Shown here: one piece after another, positions 31,125-41,759 of the stretch
Layout of the letters: every line of letters begins with the position of its first letter
Position numbering within the stretch: the first letter of the stretch is position 1
IMG/VR virus record: IMGVR_UViG_3300035565_000044
Coordinates: 36,523 to 100,522 of that record
Strand: one strand, 5' to 3'
DNA: 64,000 nucleotides
From: a virus
Notes under the pieces: generated by a model
Database searches by the model: none
What the model saw: the letters and a program-made list of their open reading frames with translations, nothing else
Told to the model about the DNA's origin: nothing
Translations under genes and position numbers: made by a program

Positions 31125-31791
31125 TAATGAGCCTAGAATTGCTGGCGTATGTTAAACTAACGGACGCCACCACGTAGAAAAGACGGAAGAAACGATGATA
31201 TGAACGGAGGCTCATACCAATCTAAATTTCCCGGTTTTTTCCAGGAAAGGCTATGCTTTCCTTCTGCCAAAGCGCGCTTTAGACGCTTTAGGCGCTTTTT
31301 ACAAACGCGTGGCGTATGTTGACGCCATGCGCGTTTAGCGGCTTTCTTTGCTCTGTTCTGGTTTTTATTCCAGAATTCCGCCAATGGTTCGTCACACATT
31401 TGCGCATAGTCATCCACATAGATGCTATATCCATGCAACATTCCATCGAACTTAGGAGCTCTGTATTCAAGTATGTAAGCCATTATAACCACCTATTAAC
31501 TTTGGCGTTATAACCGTGCGCTAATCTTGTGTATAACTCTTCTTTTTTACGCCAAACATTGCGGCGCACGCGCTTTTCTGATACTATACCCTTTGTGCAA
31601 TCTCGGACTACGCGAGTTTCTACATAGTCTAGATTGCCCCAATAGTCGCGATAAACGCGCCACATAACTTTGTTATTAGGGCGTATTCTCGCATAATCCT
31701 TAGCATAGTACGACAGAAGCGGATTATTCATTCTCATGTTTTCTATCATTGCTTAGTCTTTCTTGAGACGCCAGCAATTCAAGACTCATTA
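31125..31791. repeat. Long-range inverted repeat pair 8 (31125-31148 / 31768-31791)
   Basis: 24 bp with 2 mismatches. Confidence 0.8.
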
Positions 31792-33055
31792 CAGCTTAAG
31801 CCACGGATTAGCCGCTTAATACATTTGGTTAACTCGCTGGCGCCCACACAAGACGCGTTCGGCATTGTTAACCAAAGATTAAAAGCATACGGATCATTGA
31901 CAAGAGAATGACGGGATAGAGATTGCCACGGGCAACGCCTCACACGGCGCCGACAGCATAGTGACAATCCGCCCCATAGCACACATTCCCTAGTGTGGCT
32001 TTAGCTGGATCAATCGCCCATTAACCTAAACGGCTAACGAGTCATATTAACGATGTCAAAGAATGCAGGTGTTAACGTGACAAGTTGCGCTAATCTGGCG
32101 CTGCCACTACAGTTAAGAGACAATGGGTTGCGTTAGAGTTATCGCCAGTCTTGGGGCTTTCCATCCCTATTGGCGATTATGGGCTAGGCGCTGCTTACGC
32201 TCTGATACTGGCCTAAGCCTAGCTCGGAGCTTGGTTCTGACACTAGGCGCTTCGCAGCGGCTTTTGCCAATCTCGCCAGCGACGTTTGCCGTCTGACAAA
32301 AACCAGAAACGGCTTTTTCAGCTTCGCTTCAAGGAAAAAACATCCGAATCGGATGAAAAAGAAACAGAGCTGTGGATAACTTGTGGTCAAAAGCGGAACA
32401 TTTTTCAAAGATGAATGTTCGCGTCGCTCAGAGCTCGGAAAAATAGGCGCGCTTTGCGGTGTAAAGTGGAAAAAAGTTGGCGCGCAAGTTATTGATTTGG
32501 TTGATGCGGAAAAGCGGAGTTCATGATGCGTTTAGCATATGTCTGACAGGCAAGCGGCGCATTGGGGATAAGACGGCGCAAGGCGCGTAGTCGATGCACA
32601 GAGCGAGCGGAGCAAGGCCAAAGGCGGCGCACACAAGGCAAAAGCTGCATGCTACGTAGAACGCCGTTCAAGGCATGCTACACAGGCGAAAGCTCATAGA
32701 GCTATGTCACCATAGCTAAAGGCGCAAACGCCAGTGTGGGCGCAAATGTGGAGTGAACCATATGAAGGTGGACGCGAGCGCAGCAAGACAAGCGCAGACT
32801 GCGGCAAAGGCGTAGGCGATTGAAGAACGCGAGCGCATGACGCGCATGTTCATTATACATATGGTATGCATCAGTAAATGCGAATGTTTTCAAGCGTGAT
32901 AAAAGCGTGAATACGAATGTGTGAATATGTAAACGTTTGTGTTTTTGAATGCGCGCAGCGCGGTCTAGGCGCTTTCTAAGAGACACATAGACATACGGAA
33001 CTTAGAAAGCGCTGATACTCTAATATCTAAACATATGAGAATGATGATATGTGAT

Positions 33056-33071
33056 TGTTTCATGTGAAACG
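33056..33071. promoter_or_regulatory. parS-like site
   Basis: TGTTTCATGTGAAACG. Confidence 0.7.
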
Positions 33072-33708
33072 CTAAAGGCGCAGATAGAAGCAAGGTATGC
33101 AGATATGCGAAAATGCATATGTTAATGTGTTAAGATATGCAGATATGCATAGTTTAGTATGTTAAGATGTGTAAGTGTTTGAAAATTAATGAGTTTGCAT
33201 GTTTTTGGGAGGGGAAATTTGGGGGGAACATGCGCACGACACTCTGGATTGTACCGTTCGGTACAGTGAACCAATGTAATAACATAACATCGCAAACCTT
33301 TGATATTACATAATAAAGCTTATGCGAATTGGGCATTTAGGTCAGCATTACTGACCTATTTTCTGGTATGGCCCATGATTCTACCCGGATAGAATTGCTT
33401 ATATCGTACAATCTAGATATGTAGATGTATTAATAACTTACTAATAGTTGCGTGTATTGCTATTACACTTCTATCTAAAGCTGAGCTGTGCACCTATAAG
33501 TTACATTCAGGACCCGTAATGTAACCTGTGGTGGGTGGGGGGTGGTTGCGCAACGCCGGGACCCAGTGCCAGGAGTCCCATCCCCTATACGACAAAAACC
33601 CTTCCGAGGCATCCGATTCGGATAGACATCCCCCTTCAAATCTGCTAGTCTCCACCCTTCCAAGCACTCCTGCTCGTTTCTCCAGAGGCGCTGTTAGAAG
33701 AAAAATTC

Positions 33709-34302
33709 ATGAAAATCAACATGATAGGTAATAGATTTGGCCTTTTAACCGTTATCGCTGTTTCAACCGAACGCATACACGGCAATATAAGCTGGGACTG
33801 TGTTTGTGACTGTGGCGGCGCCAAGACTTGCCCTGGGAATGCGCTAAGAAGCGGGACTATCAAGTCATGTGGCTGCATAAATGGCAGTTTTCACCCTGAC
33901 CACGGGCGTACTTTACGCATATGGCGGGGAATGCGTCAGCGTTGTTACAATCCAAAAAACCAAAACTATCACAGATATGGAGGGATAGGTGTAACTGTAT
34001 GTTTTGAATGGGAAAAATTTCAAAATTTTCTTTCCGACATGGGATATGCGCCGCCAGGGTTCCAGATAGATCGCATCAACAACGACCGTGGGTATGAGCC
34101 TGGGAATTGTAGATGGACGACACGTCTTAAACAAGCCAGGAACAAAAGAACTAATCGCATGCTCAGTTACAAAGGCGAGACAAGATGCATATCCGAGTGG
34201 TGCGAGAAACTAGACTTAAAGTATGCCACGGTCTTAGACAGATCGCATAGATACGACAATCCCCACTGGATACTGCTTGGAAAGCCAAAGGAAGCTCCGT
34301 GA
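33709..34302 (+). CDS. HNH-type homing endonuclease-like protein
   Basis: RFGLLTV, CVCDCG, KSCGC, MRQRCYN, YGGIG and IDRINNDRGYEPGNCRW motifs. Confidence 0.85.
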   Translation: MKINMIGNRFGLLTVIAVSTERIHGNISWDCVCDCGGAKTCPGNALRSGTIKSCGCINGSFHPDHGRTLRIWRGMRQRCYNPKNQNYHRYGGIGVTVCFEWEKFQNFLSDMGYAPPGFQIDRINNDRGYEPGNCRWTTRLKQARNKRTNRMLSYKGETRCISEWCEKLDLKYATVLDRSHRYDNPHWILLGKPKEAP

Positions 34303-34567
34303 CGGCCTAAACAACTTTTTAGCTAGGTAGGTAGCCATGTCAGATTACCCCTGTCCAGAGATCATCTGGCGCGTTTTTAGCATAGGTTCTGGAAAAGAGC
34401 GTCATGAAGGCTCCTACACCACGGCCCTGGGCGTTTGGACTCATCCCCTGGACGCTGAACGGGCATATTTTGTCGAATTCAATGGCAAGCGATTCTCTTA
34501 TGGGGAGTTCCTTTGCATGTTCGTCAGCATGCAGACTATCAAGCGGCGCCACGCTAGAAAACATCCT

Positions 34568-34583
34568 GGTTTCACGTGAAACA
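34568..34583. promoter_or_regulatory. parS-like site
   Basis: GGTTTCACGTGAAACA. Confidence 0.75.
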
Positions 34584-34684
34584 GGGCTAAAAATATTCAG
34601 TCTTGACAGAAAATGCCAAGAAACACCGGGAAAACACTTTTTCCTTGACGAAAATACCCTGTTTGTGTACTAGATGCCAAAACG

Positions 34685-34999
34685 GTGACAACACGCTTAT
34701 CGGATAGTATCTTGACTTGCACAATCAGACTACGAACTATCAAAGAGAAAATGGAGCTTGACCCTGCTGAAAGGGAAAGGCGCCAGAAGGAAGCCGCTCT
34801 ATTCAAACAAGCACTAAAAAAGTACGGAGTGACGGCGAAAAGGTTTGCGGTATGGACGGGAACGCCTCTCAGTACAGTGTACGCCTGGACGCGAAAATCT
34901 AGGTGCATACCGCCTCCAAAGTGGGCATGGCGCATCTTGGAATTAGCTTCAAGGGTTCCTGACGCCAGGGTCTACCTTGATAACAATTGGATGGAGTAA
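34685..34999 (+). CDS. XRE/Cro-like HTH protein
   Basis: LKKYGVTAKRFAVWTGTPLSTVYAW helix-turn-helix. Confidence 0.65.
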   Translation: MTTRLSDSILTCTIRLRTIKEKMELDPAERERRQKEAALFKQALKKYGVTAKRFAVWTGTPLSTVYAWTRKSRCIPPPKWAWRILELASRVPDARVYLDNNWME

Positions 35000-37900
35000 T
35001 GAGAATAATCCTCATACTGATGATCATGCTTCTCACCGGCTGTCGAGACTACGAGAAGACCTACGCCCCTGACGGCTCCAAAGAGTTTCGCGTGAAATGC
35101 GGCGTACCCGATGAAGACGCCTGTGACATACGCGCTGGCCAACTTTGCAAGAAAGGCGGATACCAAATATCTAACCATCGCGACTCCGAGGGAAACGTCA
35201 TCGTCACATGCAATCAGAGGAGACGCCGGTGAACCATTACATCGAGCTCGCCACAGGCGTCCTTCACGGCGTCCTGTTCACCTTAACCACCATCGCCACG
35301 CCCGTCTACCAGGAGCATGGGCTCCACGCCACGAACTACGACTTTGGCCTGCTCGCCATATCATTCAGCGTACTGATATTCGTTAACGCAACCATGGGAT
35401 GGGACTATGAACCCTACTGACAGAAGAGAACTGGAAACGGCCTTGGCGTTGCTATCTTCTATGGTTCAAGGCGCTAAGTTAGCCCTTGACGGCGCGGTGC
35501 GAACCGGGGACCTCAAGGACACACAAGCCTTCGCTGATAAGGCGCATACCGCCGCTGGCCTGTTCCTGGAACTCGTTGACGCTATAGTGGAGGGAAAATG
35601 ATAGCAGAGTCCGATAAGTTATACAACAAGCTTCTTATTTTTATCGCAGAAGAAGCTGGTTCTAGCGCAATTTCCCTTGTGCGCGCCTTCTCCAAGGCGA
35701 CGAACATGGCGCTGAGGATACTTCCTGAAGACAAACAGCCCACGGCTCTTAAACTGGCCAAGTCCGAAGTAGAGTACAAAGTTAAGGACGAGGGCGGCCT
35801 TGCTGAGGTGTTATTGAAAGAAAGTGGACACCTATGAGCCTGAACGAAAACGAAGCCATAGCCCTGGAGCGAATAGCCTTGAGCGCCCGCAACCTGCTTA
35901 ACGCCGTAGCGCAGAACCCCAACCTCCTAGGCGTCGGCCTCAAACGCGAGCTGGCCAATCTGGGGCAGGACATTGGTTTCCTGGATATGATCCGCAAGGT
36001 GGAGCCTGTCCCCACGGCCAAAGATGTCATAGCCAAGGTCATTGACGACAATTGGGCTATTGGCTCTGGTTCTGTAGACAAATTAGCTGGTGATATTCAC
36101 GAAGCGCTTATGGAGGCGGGATACCTATGACGGCTAAATTAATAAAGGACAATCTGGACGGATGGAAGGGCCATGCGGCGCTCTATTCCGTAGAAAACCC
36201 GCCCCGCCCTGAGTGCTCCATGCTCAAGGCGGGGATATGCGACCATTGTCTAACTGAGCCTCCCGCCTATATCATCATAAGCTCCGTGGAGAAGGCCATA
36301 GCCAGCGCCCACGGCGGCCCTGAGGCTAAGGCGTTTCCCGCCAATGAGCATGGGGAGCCAGAGTGCATGGCGACGTTTGCCGAAGTCATAGGAACGCAGA
36401 GCCACCAGGAGCTTCTGCAAAAGATGGGGTTAGCATGGAAACAATAGTCCTTCTCCAGCTTGAGAAGCATGTGCGTAATCTTATGAAGGCGGTTTACGCA
36501 AGCAATGGCGAGACGAATTTCAGACATGCCGCATCTTATCTTATGGTTATAGAGCAGGATTTGAGCGCTCTCACCGCCATTAGAGAAGTGAACGAAGCTA
36601 TGGACGTCACAGACGCCGAAAACCCGTTGATAAGGAAGCATAATGTCGGAGAAGAATGAACTTGGATTTGTCGAGGTTCCGTATCCTGAGGTTCAACTTC
36701 TCATCGAAAACGGGGCCAGACGCCTTTGCCTTATATTGGAGCAGAGAGAGCCGTGGAATGATATCAAAGACCCTGAGGTAAGGGCTTTGGTTAACAGCCT
36801 TGGTTTAGTATTTGAATGTCTTGATAAATGGAGGGCTAAGTGAGCGATACGGAAAAGGGACTTCTCATGGCGCTGGAGTCTGACGCCAAGGCCATGGTCC
36901 GAGAACTTGAGAATGTTCTTATATGCAATCCTCTCATCTATGTTTCTATGCAAGAAAATACAGAAATTATTCATAGAATGGTTATGATTAAGGCCAAATT
37001 ATCTAAGTTGGAGACTGAACGTCAGGTGCAGACGGATAAAGATAGCATTTCTGATATTATCCAGGATAATTTCGATAATTACGGAATTCTAGACTCAGAC
37101 GATGAAGAAGATAATTCAACGCGTCGAGACCTTATAGCTTCTATATTATATGACCTTGAGAAGGTAGGCTTTGCATTTGTCAGGGTCAAAAGGACAGACT
37201 TCGTTGAAGAAGGGCCTGTGCTCCCAGATGGAGGGGTGACGGATTGATAAGCAAGGAAGCCTTGGAGTGGTGGGCGCACTGTAACAAGGTAGGAGCTCAA
37301 CATATGAGCAACTATTTGGCGCAGCAGCAGAATGCGTATGCGTTCAGCAATTACAATCTTCAAATGCAGGAGTTGCAGAATGTTTATATGAATAAACTCC
37401 AAGGTCTTTCTCCAGTTCATTACCACTACCTGACAACTGAGACAAATAGGGAGAAGAACACATCCCATTGGGAAGAGATGACGGAACTGCTGCTGTCGCT
37501 TCCCCAGCCTCCAGCGCCGCCTCCTAAGAAATGTTTCTGGAGAAAATGGTTGTGAAATTCACGCTCAAACGTAAGCCGAAGTATGAAGCCTGGGGCGTCT
37601 CCGTAGATGGAGAAGAACCAATGGTTTACTTCAAGGACAAACCCTTAGCCAAGAAATGGCTTGGCTACTGCACCGGGCGCAGAGGCGCTAATATGCGGAA
37701 ACACCCAATGAGGAGAGAGGTTATATGACTGGATTTACAACCAATGGTTATATTGAAGCTCTTGAGGATCGTATAGGCATGCTTAAAGAGATCATTAAGA
37801 TTAAGGACCATAAGATAGCGGAGATGGAGGTCAACGCCAATCCCGCTACGTCGCGCATGGCTCTGGTGTTTGAGGAGCCAGATGAGAAAATGCTTATTGC

Positions 37901-38336
37901 GGCGGCAAACGCCCTCATGACATTCAAGGACTTGGAGCAAACTCCATACAGCGAGATAGCTAGGAAGGTATGGAAAGCTATGTTAGAGGCGAGTCAGTGA
38001 ATGAGATAGATGATTATTTTTCATTTCTCATTCTTGCATTCCTGGTACTGTCGTTCTTTGTCTACGCGCTAATAAATATGAGGAGATGATGAAAAAGATA
38101 ATCCCTGGAGACGAATTATTAGACGCCATTTGGGAAGCTATATATAAAGAGTTGTGCGCTTGTGGCGTCACCCATCTTACGAGTGATCTTGAGGTTGTAG
38201 ATGGCCTCAGCTTTGACCAGGATCAGGCCCATGCCGTCGCCAGGGCCGCATGGGACGCATCTAAGCAGCATCTTGAGGACGTTATAGCGCCTCTGGCGAA
38301 AAGGATCGTGGCTCTGGAGCGCGATAGGGACGAGTA

Positions 38337-38642
38337 ATGCTGTCAATCATTGTGGCTATCTGCATTGTTATCATCTTAATAGCAATATGGAGCAAGTGAT
38401 GCAGGGGCATTTAACGTTGGCGTTTATAATTGGCATGGTCATAGCAATTCTATTCTTATCGAGGACAAGATGACAATGGAGTCAGCGATTGTTGGCGTCG
38501 GCCTGTGCGTCGCAATTTTAGTTATCACTTGGCTATTAGCGAGGATATGATGGAAATAGATGCAAACACCATAGCCGGTTTTGCTGGAATGGCGTTATTC
38601 GCCATCGGATTGATAGTGTGTATTTATATATGTCTAAAATAG
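38337..38642 (+). CDS. Four tandem single-helix membrane microproteins (38337-38399, 38399-38473, 38470-38550, 38547-38642)
   Basis: Manual translation: 20-31 aa hydrophobic peptides with overlapping stop/start codons. Confidence 0.65.
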
Positions 38643-39115
38643 GAGGAAGAAATGGATGGAAGCAGCTTGCCTCTGCTCTTCTTGAGCGCAGCGGTGATAA
38701 TTCTAGCGCTACTGATGATGAAGAAAAGGTAGTCCAGGCTAGATATAAGACAGAAGCGGCGTTGAGAGACGCCGTTTCTAGGCAGAGAAGGGAGCACACG
38801 GCGTTAATCCATCGCCATATGGAGGAAATGAACCAGATACAGCAGGAATGCGAAAAGGTAGGACACGAATTTATTTATAGCAATAATGCGTTTCTTGGCC
38901 GCTGTAGGTGGTGTGGAGCGCCAGAGAAAGGAAAGAAAGGGTAATGTTAGTCGCGTTGTTAATTATAATATTGGTTTGCGCAGCGGCGCTCTATACAAGC
39001 GGGGGCTGCTGGAAATGACGGAAGCGCAGAAGGCGGCTATCAGGAGACAGATAGAAGAGCTTGAGGTTCAGGTGGAAGTCCTTAAGCTTAACGTCACCAT
39101 ATGGCCGGGAGTGAA

Positions 39116-39131
39116 TGTTTCACGTGAAAGA
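39116..39131. promoter_or_regulatory. parS-like site (intragenic)
   Basis: TGTTTCACGTGAAAGA. Confidence 0.65.
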
Positions 39132-40501
39132 GATAGGGCTGAACGTGAGGGGTTCGAGAGGCAAATAGGGAAGATTAATCATTTGGTTTCATCCATCGAG
39201 CTTAGCATAAAGAATATGCTGCCCGTGGTTGAGAGAGAGCGCCCGCCCCACCCGGATTGCAGTGTGTGTGATGGCAATGGTTGGGTATGGGGAGGGGAGC
39301 GCGGGGAACAGCCTGAAAACTGCGAATGCGAAGACGCTTATGATGAGGAAAGATGCCCATAACATCTAAGGAAGCATTCTTATCGAAGCAAATAATGGAA
39401 GATAAAGGCCATGATTTGTTTCAGAAACAGTGGAAGCGCGGTTCCTCAGCCAGGACTAAGCGTCGCGCCACGGCAAAGCTCACAAGGCAGAAAGAATCTC
39501 TGGCGGAGGCGTTGGAGATCGTACAAGACGATAAGCGTCATGAAGAATTGATGAAGCGTATGGAGTTCATCAATAAAGAGTTGGAAAGGAACGAGTGTGA
39601 CTGAAGACCAAGAAAAGATAGCTATGCACCAGCTCCATCAAGCTTGCTGGGAGACTATCCTGGAAGTGAACGCTGTTCAGAAGGAACTCTGGAGCGCCAT
39701 ATACAATAATCTTTCCCCTGACTTCAATAAGATTATGCTGGCGGCAGGAGAAGCAGAGCGTAGGGTTATTTCTCTGCGCAAAATGGCTGAAGAGATGCGT
39801 GTTCAGGGGCTAGAAATCGATGCCGGATAATTTTAAGGATGTGGCGTATTCTCTTAGGGCGACTGCGGATAGGATATTCCAGCTTGCAGAAAGCATAGAG
39901 CGTAAAAAGCCAGAAAAGAATTTGGTTTCTTTAACATATGATCTAAATATGCTTGACGAAGAAATCAGTTCAGCTCTAAAGTCTGCAAGGTATCTTAGAG
40001 ATTGCGTTATGAGCGCAACGTATCCATATGTTATATCTGCACATGACTTCGGCTATAGTGGTAGACACAGCGTAGGATGCGTAACCTATGTTGCCAACGG
40101 AGGCGGTGGAGGAGGTGGATCATACACCGGGGGCAACGGACAGGCAATTGGTCTAAGCGGAGCAGGCGGCGGTGGCGGCACGTACTCGCCACAGACCACC
40201 GTCACAGTAACGACTATGCCGAAGCATCATACGCTGAGCGCAGAAGAGCTCTCTACTGCGTCCGCCAAAGCTCCAGAGGGTAGCGAAGCTACGCTTCCGC
40301 CAGACGCGCCGGGGACACGCTATCTTCGTCCTGGGTGGAAAGTTGAGGTTATAGACCTCACAGAGGTCGCGAAGGAAGCCGCAGCGCCATTGGCGATGGA
40401 CATGGCGGCTGAAGCCGTGGAGGAAACATCATACGGCTTGACGGATTGGGCGCTTAACGCCTATAAATGATCCGCGATGCAACGATAGCTTATGCTGAGA
40501 G

Positions 40502-40536
40502 AAAGCCCTGGGAAGCACGAGTCCTGGGGCTTTTTT
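40502..40536 (+). terminator. Intrinsic terminator
   Basis: GCCCTGGGA/TCCTGGGGC stem followed by T6. Confidence 0.75.
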
Positions 40537-40548
40537 GCGTTTAAGGGC

Positions 40549-40591
40549 TTGACGCCGTCCCCCCATAGCGCATATAACATCCGTATCGGAT
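40549..40591 (+). promoter_or_regulatory. Promoter and operator directly upstream of array F
   Basis: TTGACG-18-TATAAC; perfect ATCCG-TAT-CGGAT at 40579-40591. Confidence 0.7.
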
Positions 40592-40593
40592 GA

Positions 40594-40658
40594 TGTGTCG
40601 CACCGTAACTTGCCACAGCGCGCCGCTCCATAACGTCACATAACGCAACGCAACGAGT
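40594..40658 (+). repeat. Pentamer array F (13 units), candidate guide RNA
   Basis: TGTGT CGCAC CGTAA CTTGC CACAG CGCGC CGCTC CATAA CGTCA CATAA CGCAA CGCAA CGAGT. Confidence 0.85.
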
Positions 40659-41390
40659 TCCAAATGCAAAATTGCCTAAATTGCAATAATCCTATCCATG
40701 AAGACGATATGGCGCAGATTGAGCTTAGGGATGGACATAAGGTTATAGTCCACTCTCATTGTCCAGAGCAGCGCACGGCGCGGGGGAAGCTGGAGCCAAA
40801 GCCTAATCTTAAGTACAGCAAGCCTGTTTCGTACAAGGACGTATGTTTCCAGGTTAGGATAGACCAAGACGGAAACTATGTGATCTGTGATGATGAGACA
40901 GGGGATGACATGGATGAAAAGTGGGAAGAATCTGACCTTAGCAATCCAGAATCTTGTCAGACATATAGCTTTACCATCAAGATTCCAGTACCAAAAAATA
41001 TCTCTGTAAATCATACAGTTGACGCTGAAGAAACTGTAGAAGTAGAAGTTTCCGCAACGTTCTAAGGGGGATGCTCCACATGGAAGAAGATGAAGAGATT
41101 GCAGAGTTTGACGTAAAGCAATTGAAGGGTATGATAATTACCTATGCAGTTATAAAAGTTGTATTCTTATTCCTATTCATGGGAAGCGTATTTATTTTCC
41201 CATATGAGATCATAGTCGATCATAGTTTTGGTTTGGGAAAGGCGTTTCTCCTGGTGTTCTGGGGAGGCGCGTGTCTATTTTTCGGCTTGGGCGCTGGCGA
41301 ACATCAACATAAACTAAGGAAGCGCATCAAAGAGTTGCAGAGCAATAGCTCTGAGGGCGACGACTCCGGGGCGTCTAACGGCCAGGATAC

Positions 41391-41759
41391 ATGGACAAAA
41401 CAGACTACCATGGCGAAGAAAGTTTCAGAGAAAGACTCGTCAGACTAGGAATAAGCCAGACTGAATTTGCAAAAATGGTTAGCGCGGGGATTAGCACAGT
41501 CCAGCACTGGGCTCAAGGAAAACACAAGGTTCCCGCGCTAATAATGGACATACTGGATATGATAGAAGGCGTAGGGGCGGCAAAAGGCGTTACCGGCGCC
41601 AGAAAATTTTTTGAATGGAAAGTCAATGGCAATGGAAGAAAAACCAGCAAGGGAAATAAAGACATACGAGGAGATGTCGCAAGCCGCAGTGGATATGACA
41701 AAAGTGCTCTATCCATACGTAAACGAAAAATCAGGCCGGGATATAGTTCTGGCGATTAG
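41391..41759 (+). CDS. XRE-family HTH regulator
   Basis: LGISQTEFAKMVSAGISTVQHWAQGKHKVP. Confidence 0.75.
   Translation: MDKTDYHGEESFRERLVRLGISQTEFAKMVSAGISTVQHWAQGKHKVPALIMDILDMIEGVGAAKGVTGARKFFEWKVNGNGRKTSKGNKDIRGDVASRSGYDKSALSIRKRKIRPGYSSGD

Larger units (their letters stand above)
17519..31749 (-). other. Leftward block of small early-type hypothetical genes (e.g. 18526-18993, 19615-20139, 20545-21159, 23242-23679, 24747-25241, 29392-29955)
   Basis: Co-oriented ORFs with recurrent AAGGAAAG RBS, separated by long stems. Confidence 0.75.

Noticed and set aside
24467-31791. IS/transposon terminal inverted repeats
   Set aside because: Each pair has a different sequence, no transposase is enclosed, no target duplications are evident, and pairs abut one another.
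32560-32860. GC/A-rich pseudo-periodic tract as another pentamer array
   Set aside because: No consistent 5-nt register.
40473-40487. Seventh pentamer array (CGCGA TGCAA CGATA)
   Set aside because: Only three units; could be a relic or chance.
41206-41220. Self-target of array A under an NN-x code (GA.AT.AT.GT.GA)
   Set aside because: Only the first 5 of 12 dinucleotides match, compatible with chance; I could not run a systematic search.
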